Source: the human T2T-CHM13v2.0 reference genome, Homo sapiens. Taken from it: a stretch of 64,000 bases of DNA. The notes below the pieces were generated by a model. It had not been told where the DNA came from. It saw nothing but the letters and a program-made list of their open reading frames with translations, and searched no databases. Shown here piece by piece: positions 48,292 through 62,599 of this stretch. Location of the stretch: assembly GCF_009914755.1 (NCBI RefSeq), contig NC_060925.1. One strand, written 5' to 3'. Position 1 is the first letter of the stretch, and every line of letters starts with the position of its first letter. A program made the translations under genes and the position numbers.

Positions 48292-49184
48292 AACTTCATG
48301 TCTATTGCTGGTACACGGGGATTCATGTCTATTGCTGGTACACGGGCAAGCAGGTATGAGGTGGGGCATCAGAGCCCTCCTTACAACATTCATGTATTGC
48401 AAAGTTACTTCCCTGCAGTGATGACTGGGAGAGTCTTATTATCTGCAATTCTGAACACTCCTGGATTTAAATGGTTTCTTTCATCCCTGTCTATACAACA
48501 GTTCGTTTATCAGCCAGCTATATTGTAATTGATAAAGAAGCCATGGGGCCATGAGAATACTGACATCAAACAGTTACTTTTCAGCTTCCTTTCCTACCTT
48601 TAAATGGTCATGCCTCTCCCTCAAAGGGACTTTGGAAAAATCATTTAAACTCTTACTCCACCACTAAAATCAGGTGAACACACAAAGCAATCTAGGGCTT
48701 GGAGCGATACATAAGGCTGGTGGTGTGTATCTGAATGTTTTTCTCTAAACCTGGGGTTTTCAACCAAGGGCCCATAGTCATGGCAGAACGCCTGGCATAT
48801 ATGACACTGCTGGTAGTGTGGGCCACTTTTCCCCACAGGGGCAGGTGGGGAGAGGCTCCATGACAATCATACTCTCAAAAGGGTCTGTGATGCCAAAATA
48901 GAACAAGAGGCACTGTCCTGATTGGTTCAGCTAGGGTTTCTACTTCATTTATTTACTTCATGTGGAAGACTGAAGAAAAGGCAAGAATACCCACTGGAAG
49001 TAGAGGGGAGGCCTGGCTGCCCCTACAAATATCCACAGAATGGCACAACCCTAAGTGTCCTTCAAAGATCTGTCTCTTGGCTTCACGGCTTCAAGGTCTG
49101 AATTGTGACCATTCAGAAGACTGACATCTTCCTGGGAGCAGCAGATTTTATAATGGAGAAGCCTTCTTGGTATGTAAGAAATCA

Positions 49185-49528
<344 letters not shown>

Positions 49529-50809
49529 CTAGGCTCTTACAATTGTGATAAGGATAAACCTGCTTCATGTGGGACTCAGACACCAGAACTATGTCTGACC
49601 TGTGCTGTGCTTAAATGGGCTTTGCCAACACTGCCTTAGGAGTCTCCTTTTCCTAGCCCCTAGGATTAACCAGTTTGAGGAATGGCCTTCCTTTCCTTCT
49701 CCTTTTCCTATTCTAGATACATTAAGGTATTCAATCATGATTTTCTAAGGGCTTTTTCTTAATAACCAAGTAGGAATATGTCCACCCTGATGAATTCTGT
49801 GTTAATTTCATGCATTAATAATGCTCAGAGAACTGCCTTACTTCCTATTCCTTGGAAGCTAACTCCTTAGAGCTTCCTTGCACACACACTTCTAAGAGAC
49901 TTTGTAAGAACTTTTTTTGTGTTTAGCTTTTGCTGAGAGGAGGGTGAAATTTAATAGAGCGCACATAAAATTTCATCTAAAGCTTCCTGTTTGTTCATCC
50001 TGGCAAAACAGAGGTACAGAAAGGCTGTGAGGGAGTACATCACTCAGCCTTGAGGACTTGTTTGCATCTGCATTGCACAGTGGGGAATGAGAATGTGACC
50101 AGTGACTAGAGTAGGTTATTTATTTATTCATTTATTTGAGACGGAGTTTCGCTCTTGATGCCCAGGCTGGAGGGCAATGGGGCGATCTCGGCTCACTGCA
50201 ACTCTGCCTCCCAGGTTCAAGTGATTCTCCTGCCTCAGCCTCCAGAGTATCTGGGATTATAGGCGACTGCCACCATGCCCGGCTAATTTTTTTGTATTTT
50301 TAGTAGAGACAGGGTTTCACCATGTTGGACAGGCTGGTCTCAAACTCCTGACCTCCTGATCCACCTGCCTCAGCCTCCCAAACTGCTGGGATTACAGGCA
50401 TGAGCCACCGCGCCTGGCCAATGACTAGAGTAGGTTACTATTTATTTAGCACCTACTATACGTTCCAGGCACTGTGCTTGGCACTGGGGATGGAAAGACA
50501 AATAAGATCTATGCCCCATAGGGACCCTAATGTGAACAAATGGAGCATATTGTGCTAAGTGTTATGGTGGAGGTAAGAATAAGGTGACTTGAGAGAACTG
50601 TGTGTTAGGGGAAGGGAAAGGGACAAGGATGGAAAAGAGTAGGTGTTTTCCAGGACAAGGTAGGGAACACAATGAGTTCAGGAACTACAGTCTCCTATGC
50701 CTGGAGCCTGGAGTATGTGAGAGAAAGGAGAGAGATGAACCCAAAGAGGAAGGTATGTGTTGCTGAGAAGTCAGCAGCAATTTATCTGTAGGTGGTAGGG
50801 AACATGGGC

Positions 50810-51270
50810 ATTAGTTTCCTGCAGCTGCTGTTACATATCAGAAATTTGGTGGCAACAGAAATGGATTCTCTCACAGTTCTGGAGGCCAGAAATGCTGAAA
50901 ACAAGCTATTGGCAGGACTATGCTCCCTCTGGAGGCTCTAGGGGAGAATCCTTTCCTTGCCTCTTCCAGCTTCTAGTGGCTACTGGCATTCCTTGGCTTG
51001 TGGCTGCATCACTCCCATCTCTGCCTCTGTGGTCACAGTGCCTTCTCCTCTTCTGTTGGTGTCAAATCTCCCTCTGCTTCCCTCTTATAAGGATATACAT
51101 GATTGCATTTATGGCTCACCTGGATAATTGTGCATAATCTATTTTAAGATCCTTAATTACCTGCACAAAATACCACCCCCACTCCACTTTTCACTGTCTA
51201 AGGTAACATGTACACTTTCCAGAGATTAGGACATGGGTATCTTTTGGGGAACATTTTTCAGTTTACCACA
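50810..51270. mobile_element. MLT1 (B/C-like) MaLR LTR
   Basis: ctctcacagttctggaggccagaa..ctctggaggctctaggggagaatcc.. Confidence 0.75.
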
Positions 51271-51699
51271 CTGTGGGAGATGTTAAGCAGGGCAACAAAT
51301 GAGTCAGACTTATGTTTACAAAGATCCTTCAAGGGATGGTGTGGCACAGTCAGAAAAAACCTTCTGAAGACATTGATTAAACCTTCCTCATTCTTCTGTG
51401 TTTAATGACTACTTAGTATTCTTGTGAATGAATGTACCATAATTTATTTAAGCACTTCCCTCATTTATGAACTTTTAAGTTGTTTCCAATTTTTTTCTAT
51501 TACAAACAATGCTACAATGAATCACCTTGTAATGGGCCAATTGCACAATGTGCAAATATAAATGTAGGTAAATCAGGAGCCCATATTCTGGGTTCAGACT
51601 CAGACACATTGGAGAAAGATAAGAGTGGATGCCTGTTACATTTTACAATAGATAATATTAATGGATTGTGAAATATATACTGAGCACTGTTCTAAGCAT

Positions 51700-52572
51700 T
51701 TTTGAAATGGCTTTATTGCAATAGAATTCATATGCCATACAGTTAATTCAAAGCATACAATTCAATGGTTTTTAGTATGTTCAGAGCTGTGCATGCAACC
51801 ATTACCACAATCTAATTCCAGAACATTTAAATCACCCCATTAGTCTCTTACTACCATTTCCCCTCCTCCATCCCTAGGCAACCATTAGTCTACTTTCTGT
51901 TTCTATGGGTTTGCCTATTCTGGACATTTCCTATAAATGAAATCATACAATATATGGTCTATTGTGTCTAGCTTCTGTGAAAGGGAAATATCTTGGGCCC
52001 CCCCAAATTACTAAAGGGAAAATTCAAGCTGGGAACTGCTTAGAACAAATCTGCCTCTCATTCTATTCAAAGTTATCACTGTGTTCACTGAGATAAATGC
52101 ACATCTGATTGCCTCCTTTGGAAAGGCTAATCAAAAACTCAAAGGAGTGCAACCATTTGTCTCTCACCTATCTGTGACTTGGAAGCCCCCTCCCCCCTTG
52201 AGTCTTCCTGCCTTTGCTTCGAGTTGTCCCGCCTTTCCAAACACAACCAATGTACTTCTTACACATATTGACGGATGCCTCATGTCTCCCTAAAATGTAT
52301 AACACCAAGCTATGCCCCAACGACCTTGGGCACATGTCGTCAGGACTTCCTGAGTCTGTGTCACAGGTGCTGTTCCTCAACCTTGGCAAAATAAACTTCC
52401 TGGTTAACTGAGACCTGTCTCAAATTTTCGGGCTCCACACTTCTTTCACTTAATACAATGTTTTCGAGGTTCATCCACGTTGTAGCATGTGTCAGTACTC
52501 CATTCTTTTTTATTGCATGGGTATGTCACATTTTATTTACCATTAATCAGTTGGTGGCCATTTGTATTGTTT
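51700..52572 (-). mobile_element. L1M 3' end fragment, host of the MER4A LTR
   Basis: ggcaaccattagtctactttctgtttctatgg..tttgcctattctggacatttc; resumes cttctttcacttaata..aggttcatccacgttgtagc after the LTR. Confidence 0.75.
51976..52439 (+). mobile_element. MER4A-like ERV1 solo LTR
   Basis: TGTGAAAGGGAAATATCTTGGGCCCC...GAGACCTGTCTC..CACA; 4-bp TSD CTTC; AATAAA near the 3' end. Confidence 0.85.
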
Positions 52573-53199
52573 CCACTCTGTTGCCCAAGCTAGAGTGCAG
52601 TGGCTTACTGTACTGACAATCATGGCTTACTGCAGCCTTGACCTCCTGAGTCCAAGCCATTCTTCCTCCTCAGCCTCGCAAGTAGCTTGGATTACAGATG
52701 CCCGCCAGCATGCCTGGCTAATTTTTAAGAATGTTTTGAAGAGATGAGGTCTCCCTATGTTGCCCAGGCTGGTCTGGAACTCCCGGGCTCAAGCCATCTT
52801 CCCAAAGTGCTGGGAATACAGACATGAGCCACCATGCCCAGTCTACTTTTAGTTTTTTTAAGGTCAGAAAAAAAAACAATTGTACAAACACAAAACAATT
52901 TAACAATCTATTATTCCTTTCAACATTCCTTCAGTCACTTTTTTTTTTTTTTTTTTTTTGAGACAGAGTCTCGCTCTGTTGCCCATGCTGGAGTGCAGTA
53001 TCCTGGTCATAGCTCATTACAGCCTGGAACTCCTTGGCTCAAGTGAGCCTCCTGCCTCAGCCTCCGGAGTAGCTGGGCTTCCAGGCACGCCCCACCACAC
53101 CAGACTAAGGCCTTGAGTGATTAAAAAGAAAATCTTTTCCTGTGTAGGCACGATCGCAATATGGATGAACCACAGCCTTTGTTCCCGTTTGCACAAGGC

Positions 53200-54110
53200 T
53201 TCTCCCCCGTCTTTGTGTCTCCGGAGCCTTGCACGTGGTAGGTGCTCGGCATTCGTTGACTGGATCAAGTAGGGCGAGGGAGCGCGGCCCGTTCCGGTTT
53301 GAAACTGCTCTGGACGCCGAATTAGTGTTTGGCAGCGCCTGGTGGTCTTCAATCCCAGCCCCTCCGGCCCGCCGCGCCCCCCGGGACCAAAACAAGCGGA
53401 GGCGAGCGCGGGCGCGCGGGGCATGCCGGGAGCCCCCCGGTGGGCAGGTGCCTGGGCGGGGCGCGCCGCGGTTGGCGCCTGGGCGGCTGGGCGGCTGCCT
53501 AGCACCCGGAAGAGCCGTCAACTTAGCGAGCGCAACAGGCTGCCGCTGAGGAGCTGGAGCTGGTGGGGACTGGGCCGCAATGGACAAGCTGAAGAAGGTG
53601 CTGAGCGGGCAGGACACGGAGGACCGGAGCGGCCTGTCCGAGGTGAGTGAGCCCGGGGCCGTCGGCCCCCTCTCGCCGCGCTCCCGCCCTGCGTCCCCTG
53701 CCCGGGCCTGGGAAGCCTGCGGGGACTCCCTGGAGTTTCTGGACGGTAGCTCTGCCCCTTCTCCTCCTCTTCTTCTGCAGGGCTCCGCGAAGAGGTCTGG
53801 CACTACACGGGGCAGTGGCCGCGGCGTCCTTTTCTGCCCCGCGCCCCTTCAGCCCATCCTCCCTGACAAGGGGGCGGCGCAGGAGGAAATCCCCGGACTG
53901 AGCTGCGAGTGGGAGGGTGGGCGACTGGGCTGTCGGCCCCGGCCCCACCGGCCGGGGAATGCGCTTTAGGGCCGGGTAGGGCTGGGGGCCCCGAGGTCCA
54001 GGCGGAAGGAGCCTTTGCTGGGTGGGTCGGGGCCCCAGACCCGGACTGGGGTGTTGGGGTGGCGGTCCCTACCTCGCGACGGGGCTGGTGGCCGCGCCCC
54101 GAGCTCTGCC
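53200..54110 (+). promoter_or_regulatory. SFT2D2 CpG-island promoter/first exon
   Basis: Very GC/CpG-rich; GGGCGG boxes and CCGGAAG upstream of the ATG at 53580. Confidence 0.85.
53580..53642 (+). CDS. SFT2D2: SFT2D2 (vesicle transport protein SFT2B) coding exon 1
   Basis: gcaATGG; MDKLKKVLSGQDTEDRSGLSE; 63 nt; donor GAG|gtgagt. Confidence 0.96.
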
Positions 54111-54131
54111 TTGGTTTTCTGTCCGGTTTAG

Positions 54132-54656
<525 letters not shown>

Positions 54657-56733
54657 TAATGTCCTATGTTGTAGAACCACACAGAATGCTGCATTTCTAT
54701 TTAGGGTGCTTTTAGCTTTTGTTTTCCTTTTTGGATGACAAAATAACGTTTCTCTTCGCTTTTTGGTGTATTCTTTAGCCTCCGTTCCCCATCTGTGAAA
54801 TGAGGATGTTAAGATGATATGGCCAACTGGAAACTAATCAGTGTTTCTTCTGGTTTCTCAGCAAGTTCTTCTTTCTCAGCAAGCTGCTTTCACCCACGTT
54901 TGTGGTTGCTGATTTTATTCGGTTTTGTTTTGTGTGATACTGGGACTTAGCATGACATCTCCGAATGTAAGATTGCTCTCTGAATCTTCACCTTGAGGGA
55001 GTAATTCTATGGGATCGAATGTTGGAGTCACTGAAATTTAACTTTTTGATATTTCAAAACAAGTTGGTGGGTTCTTTTTAATTTGTTGCCTTTATTAATT
55101 GGTCAAGGCTCAGAGTAATTTCACGGGTTTTTTTTTCTTGATTTCTAGCCTCTATTATGAATCTCAAGTGGAACCTCAGACCGGGCCTAAGAAAGGTCTG
55201 ACTCATAGGTAGCTGACCCTCGTTATTTAAAGCTTTATTTCCATAGACTGTCAACAAGCCTTTATGAACAATTGGTGCTTAAGAGGCAGACACTTTCTCT
55301 CCCTGCAGACTCTTGAGGGGTGGAGTGTTGACAGTGGGATGATGCAGATATTATTGTCTCGAAAATCATCACGAAGCAGTGGGCTGACCCTCAACAGTGG
55401 ACGACTAGTAAAGTTTGCAAACATAAATGCTGAGCTTGTTTTTAACCTAAAATGGTGAACGTCTGTGTTGGATACTGTGAGAAGGGCTTTAATGTGTTAT
55501 GCTGAGGCATCTGTTGGATCTAATTTAAAAAGAATAGGTGCTTCGTTCTTGTTTTAAAATACTTTGGTCAGTTGGTCAGTTTCCTCTTTCTGAGTGAGAT
55601 TTCTGTTTATAACATCATTGTATGGCACTTCCAGAGTCTTGAATTCCTAGGAAATGTTTTGTTGCCGACTAACTTCATCTTCCAGGCTGTTTCAGCTTAG
55701 TGTTTACTGATTAGGTCAGAGCCTCCTTTAAAATATTGGTACTGATTTGATTGTCTCATATTTTTCATGGTTTGGGGGCTGGTAGAACTGGAGGATTCTG
55801 TGGGGAAATTGCTATTTTGTGTGGTAAGTTGAATTAGGCGCTCTTAAAATCTCTTTAAGAGGTCACTAGAAGAGAGTGCTTTTTAAAACCTTTATTCCTT
55901 TAATGCAAACCATAAAGGTGTGACTAGTTCTATTTCTCCTACCTCTCCTAGGTAGTTATAAAATTTGCATGGCAGTATCTAATTATAGCCTCACGTTGAA
56001 TTTTGTGATTGATACCTCATCTTCATAAATACACCTTAAGTCTTTAGTTTCAATGGACTTCTTTCTGAAAGTATAGGTTTTATGTTTTTTATAAAGGATT
56101 CTGGGGACAAGAAAGGTATGAATAGTATCTAATTTTAAAGTGTGGAAATGAAGCAGTATTTCTTTCTTACCTTCTTCTGGTTACCAATCCTGTTTTTCTG
56201 AACAATTCTTAGTATTATTCTTGGCAAGAGCCCCTCTTCTCTCCACATCACAGAGTGAAAGGGACCTTTGTGAATAACTGCCAGTCAGACTGCCTGTGAG
56301 CGCATTGCCTACAAATTCCATCCAGGTACCATTTTAGCTACTCTAATTTCCAAAAACAATATGCTAGCACAGCTTCCAGCAGTCATGAATTTACAGACAT
56401 TTTATGAGTTTGTTTTCATAATTTGGCAAAAAGAAGTGTTTTGCTTTCACTGAGTCCAGTTATGAGAAGTGGAACAACAGCTTCCTCCTTCCCTGACCAA
56501 GTGTGAATGTAAAAGAACTTGCAACCACATGTAATGGAAAAATACAGTGGTGAAATATGCCCCCCACCCCTTCCATTTTGGCAAACAGAGTAACATTTGG
56601 ATGGATTCAGCTTGAGAGACTTGGATTTGGAGTGTCACTTTCCTTTCTGAAGGTAGAAACCAGAAACACATTCTTGGCTGAACTGCTTCCTATTGTGGTT
56701 ATTTTGATTTGTGTGAGGGCTGGAATCTCACTG

Positions 56734-56828
56734 AGACTGAGCGGAGTCTCGCTCTGTCGCCCAGGCTGGAGTGCAGTGGCTCGATCTCGGCTCACTGCAG
56801 GCTCCGCCTCCCGGGTTCAGGCCATTCT
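56734..56828 (-). mobile_element. Tailless AluY-like right-arm fragment
   Basis: cggagtctcgctctgtcgcccaggctggagtgcagtgg..ctccgcctcccgggttca.gccattct; no poly-T; flanked by 14-bp direct repeats. Confidence 0.88.
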
Positions 56829-56984
56829 CTGGAATCTCACTGTTCTGTTGAGGTTATTTAGCAATCTAGATGTCAAAGCCAATTCAAATTTCATTCTTAA
56901 CCTTATGGTTTATCCTCTTCAAATAGAAAGGTTGAATCTTTTAAAATTATCCGTGTTGATGCCATGTGGTGCTCAGGGAACCAT

Positions 56985-57187
56985 CCAGTCCAATCTTACT
57001 ACCACTTTTTTCTTGCTGCTGACAAGCCAGTCCAATCCTACTACCATGCTTCTTCCTGTGAACAAGCCAGGCCAATCCTACTACCGTTCTTCTTCCTACA
57101 GACAAGCCATGCCAATCCCACTACCACTCTTCTTCCTACGAACAAGCCAGGCCAATCCTACTACCGCTCTTTTCTTCCCACCTGCAG
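56985..57187. repeat. ~40-bp minisatellite, 5 copies
   Basis: Consensus CCAGGCCAATCCTACTACCRYTCTTCTTCCTRYRRACAAG. Confidence 0.92.
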
Positions 57188-57977
57188 CTAGTTCTTTTCG
57201 CACCTTGGCAAGGTAAGTTCTTTGGTTTTTGCATGACTAGGAAGAGTGGTAGCTTCTCATTTTATTCTGTCCTTGGCGAGAGCTTAAATGCTTTAGTCCG
57301 AAGTAGCCTGACTAGATTGTCTGGGGCCTTGTAAAGCCTGCTACCAGAGCATCATCACATGGCTCATTTTGGAGTCCAAGGGGGTTTGGGAAACCAGACT
57401 CCTCCAGGAGAGGTTTACCTCAGCGTAAAACCAGGTGGCTCATCTGTCAGATCTTAACACTGGGCCCCTGCTGTCTGTTATCATCCCTAATTTGTGCCTT
57501 CTGTGCAGGGTCATGAGCTCAGTTCCATATATATGAATGTATAACCTGACCTAAATACCTTTCTCCTGAGTGGAGAGTAAGGTAGTCTTTGGCAATACGT
57601 GCCACACCTGAGGGGAGCCTCTCATCCTTCTTTTCAAGCTTCTGGTTTGACGGGAACTCTGGAGACAGGGTTGAAAACAGATCCCTGAGCTGGGGGTAGT
57701 CAAGGCTGACGGAGTTGCCAGTCTAATGACTCTTGACTTTCTGCCACTACCTACCTTCTTCCATCAGCTGGGTGGAAATATAGTAGGAAACTTTGACCAC
57801 ATTGCTAGATGGAGACTATGCTGGCCATACAAGGTGAGCCCTGTGTGAATATACATGGCCTAGCTGCCCTGTGTGGTGTTGGTCTCTTACGGCAGCTGTC
57901 TTTGTCCAGCTTGGAACAACTGTTCCCACTTGCATCAGGTGGACAGACTGGTAGGGTCACCAGTGCAAAAACTTTGA

Positions 57978-58273
<296 letters not shown>

Positions 58274-59012
58274 TGTTGTCATTTTTGACATGGGAAAAGA
58301 ACCACTGGGAGCTACTCACAGGCTCTCCTGTTTCAGTAGTGTTTTTGGAACTCCTGGCTTCCCCTGAACTTTGCTCCAGGGAGGGATTAATCATGATGGC
58401 AAAGACTCAGGATGAACAGGACAGTAATTAATTAACCAGGATCTGTCTCCCACTTGGATGAGTTGGCTGATGCCAGCATCCTGTAAGTACAATATCTGAA
58501 CCAAGAGTGAATAATGTGGGTGAGAGTTGATGTAGGAGACGATGACCAGTGGAGCAGCTGCTTGAGTGCCGTCCCCTCATCTTTTCCTTATTTCCTGGGA
58601 CCCTGCCTGGTGGAGGATCCCAGGTGGACTTGTGAGTCCCTGGTGGACGCATGCCTTTCCAGGTGTGGTCTTCATCCTGCCTGGGTTGTAGGAAGGCTCT
58701 GGGCTACTCTAGGATTGGCTGTCTTGCCTTCCTGTTCTTGAAATGGGTTGTGCTTGAGGCAAGGAGTTTCTACCTCTGAAGATGTTCAGCTGGAGGCACA
58801 GCTGTCAGCTGCTAGAGAGGAGATTCATGTCTGCATAATAACTTTACAGCTCTGATAAAGTCTGGATTTGATGACTTACATCGCCTGAGTGTGTAGGATT
58901 CTGTGCTCCTTGCCTTCCCTAATACAACTTAACACTTTCTAGATTTAGTTATGTGCTTGCTTTGTTTTTAGTAAATGTGTGTGTATATGTATTCTTTTTT
59001 TTTCAATTTTAG

Positions 59013-59099
59013 GTTGTTGAGGCATCTTCATTAAGCTGGAGTACCAGGATAAAAGGCTTCATTGCGTGTTTTGCTATAGGAATTCTCTGCTCACTGCTG
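59013..59099 (+). CDS. SFT2D2: SFT2D2 coding exon 2
   Basis: ttttag| acceptor; VVEASSLSWSTRIKGFIACFAIGILCSLL; 87 nt; donor CTG|gtaaga. Confidence 0.96.
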
Positions 59100-59332
59100 G
59101 TAAGATTTCCCTTCCTCCTCTGTCTTTTCCTTCTACCTGTCTTTGCTATATATTCCCCCTTTTGTCCACCTCCTTTCCCCTTTTGCCCTTCACTAAAATG
59201 CATGGATGAGAGGAGAGGGGAATAAGGGAGGTGGGGAGGGAAACGGACTCCTCAGGGCTTCCTCTGGGAGCTCTGCTTGTGTGGCCGGGTGGGAGGGTTG
59301 CTCATGTGCAAACACTGTACTTTAAATTCCAG

Positions 59333-59418
59333 GGTACTGTTCTGCTGTGGGTGCCCAGGAAGGGACTACACCTCTTCGCAGTGTTTTATACCTTTGGTAA
59401 TATCGCATCAATTGGGAG
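59333..59418 (+). CDS. SFT2D2: SFT2D2 coding exon 3
   Basis: ttccag| acceptor; GTVLLWVPRKGLHLFAVFYTFGNIASIG(S); 86 nt; donor AG|gtaact. Confidence 0.96.
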
Positions 59419-61613
59419 GTAACTGTTTTTTAAAAATCCAATTTTAGCCAATCATTAGATGGGAAAATGGATGTTGGTTGCCCTTGAGGGAGGTGAAAGA
59501 GGAGGCTCCAGTAGTTGTAAGGAATTTGGAGAGAAGTAGTTAGAATATCTCACATTCATATCTTATTATTTGAAAACATTTTATATCTTAGTTTGAAACA
59601 CCTGGGAGAAAGCAGCAAATGTTTTGCCATCGTGATTTTACATGTACAGAAACTGCGACACAAAGCAGTTCAGTGATTTCTCCAGGGTTTACAACCCAGT
59701 CCTCCTGCTTGCTGTATTCTTACTGCTGTCAGAGATTGAGTTGATGGTTTTCAAAGGGCTCATCACTCCAGTGGCCATAAGGGAAACTGGTTTTTATTTA
59801 GTGTCAGACCTTCCCAGACCTGAGTAGCAGCTCATGTGGGCAGGGCATCTGAGCGCTTCCTGGAGGTGGGCAGCCCATTCTGCATGTTGTGGATGCACAC
59901 ATTTTCCAGGTCAAGCTCATTCACACTGATGCTTCAGTCACACTGGTGCCAACAACTCCACCCTCTCCAACTGGGAGCACTGGCCTGGCCTCTACCTGAA
60001 TGACCTGCAGGAACCTGAGCTCAGTCATCTTGTTTCCCCCTTTTCCCTTCCCTTGTGTCTCTGTAAATGGCTTCAGAGTCCTGGGGGTCCAAGTCTCCCC
60101 TCCATGATTCCTCACCAGGGCTTGATGTAACCCTGTCTTACTGGCTCCTTCCTCTTTGTCCCCATGGCTGTTTGTGCTTCACTGACTGACTTGCATGCTC
60201 AATGGGTAAGCATTGATCACACTCTGTGCTGGGCTCAGAGGATACAAAGACAAGTCCAGTTTGGTCCCTGCCAGGCAGACAGACATATAACTCATGATAT
60301 AACAAGATATGGAAAGAAATTCTCAAGGAGGGGCAGCCGACACGACCTGAGTCAGGGAGGGCTTCCTAGAGAAGGTGATATCTGAGCTGGCCTTAGCTTT
60401 GGCCTGTTATCACCCTTACCTGAGCAAGATGCATCTGCTTGGTCTCTCTGTCTCCTCCATTGCCCCTCTCAAGGCCATTTTCCACTGAGCTGTAGAGCCA
60501 TTCGTTTATAGCCCTGCTTAGCCCCCTCAAGTGGCCCCCTGTTTTGTCTGTACAAATGAAGTCCAAATTCCTCAGCACGCATACAGTCAAGCGTCTTTGA
60601 GATCTGGCTTCACCGTTGTCCCATTCCCTATCCAGTGTGCTTCCCAGCCAGGCTGAACTTCTTGCATTTCCCAAAATGCCGTTGTGCCCTTGTTTGGTTG
60701 TTTTCTGTGCCTGGAATGCTGCCCTATCTGTACCTCCCCTGGTTTGGTAGATACTTGCTCATTTGTTAAGACCTGGCTCAAAAGCTACCTCTTCTATGAA
60801 GCTTATCCTGATTACCTCCTCCTCTCCAGAATTGATGACCTCTTCCTTTGGACTCTCAGTATCACATCTATATTTATGTGCCAGTGCAGGTAGCATTTTA
60901 TTACACTGACTTGTTAGATCTGTAAGCCACTTGATAAGGGCTGCACGTGTATCTTGTCCCCAGTTGTACCCAAACTTAGCTCTGTGTCTGGCTGGAAATG
61001 GGGGATGTTAATTAAATGATTGATTGCATGATTCTGGCTACCTGTGTAAAGCTTAATTTATTAGTGCTTATGACAGTAAAATGCTGACCCTTAGAGATGT
61101 CTCTTGTTGCCTGTAAAGCTTTCTCCAATACTAACTTTGGGTGGGGGGGTGTTTTGGGCAGACAGTGTAAGTTACATTGTATAGTCTAGACTGAGCATAA
61201 ATATATGGGTGTGTTGCTTAGTCCAGAAGAGCTCTTTAGCAAATCCCTATGGGCTGGATTCTTCATAGACTGTGTAGGGAAATAATAAAGGGAGCAAATT
61301 GTTATTTTCAGGGTATTTGGGAGTTTGTGTCTTTGCCTGTAGTCTGTTATGGTTTTGTGTATATGCTATGTTTAATTTTTAGGACCAGCCTTGACTGTTG
61401 CTTCTTATTCGGTGTAGGTTAAAGAAGTGTTCTCTTAGTTGGGACACTTGAGAGTGAAGCCTTGCAACTTAATGGCACTTCAAAGAGAGGAAGACTTATT
61501 GGCCGGGTGTGGTGGCTCATGCCAAGTTGATGTGTTAGACATGACAGTCTGCTTCATTTGTGATTACTCTTGCTAGCCATCTCTCAAGTTCATTCATACA
61601 GAAAGCATGCTGG

Positions 61614-62023
<410 letters not shown>

Positions 62024-62599
62024 TCACAAAGTTGTTGAGGAGAAGAAATGAGGTAATATATGTAATATCTGGCATTTAGCAAACATTCAACAAATAACCC
62101 ATGATGATATCATCATCATTAGAATTATTCCCTGAAGATTATGAAAGAAAATGAAATGCTCTACTTTTTAACATAAGCTACCTAAGCCTGTAAGGTATGG
62201 TTTTTCTTTAAACTTCCTGAGCCTTGTTTGTTTCCATGAGTAGTTATTGTCAGGGAGGCAAGGTAACACCTCTCAAGGAGAAGGCTTATCCAACCTAGTG
62301 GTATGATATGATTCTACAGTAACACCCACATGCATTTACAGCCTGGGTCTATCATTCCCTAGTTGGGTGGCCTTGGATAAAGTAACTCTGTGGGCTTTGG
62401 TGTGGTAATTGTTCCTACTTTATAGGTTGGTTGTTGATGGATTAAATGAGAAAAATGCACGAAAGGCCCTTCAGCACAGTCAGAATGAGAGCTTTTCAAA
62501 TGTTAGCTACTATTGCCACAGGAAATCTTGGGGAGGCGACTCAGTGTGCCTAGTGCAGTTCTGTTCTGAACGGCTTGTGTGCGTGTGTTTGCCTTTTAG

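Noticed and set aside
56985-57187. Periodic array resembling a CRISPR
   Set aside because: The units are whole tandem copies with no unique spacers, the context is a eukaryotic intron, and there are no cas genes.
56557-57216. 219-aa ORF in SFT2D2 intron 1
   Set aside because: It runs through an Alu fragment and the minisatellite, has no recognisable protein similarity, and its length is explained by repeat sequence.
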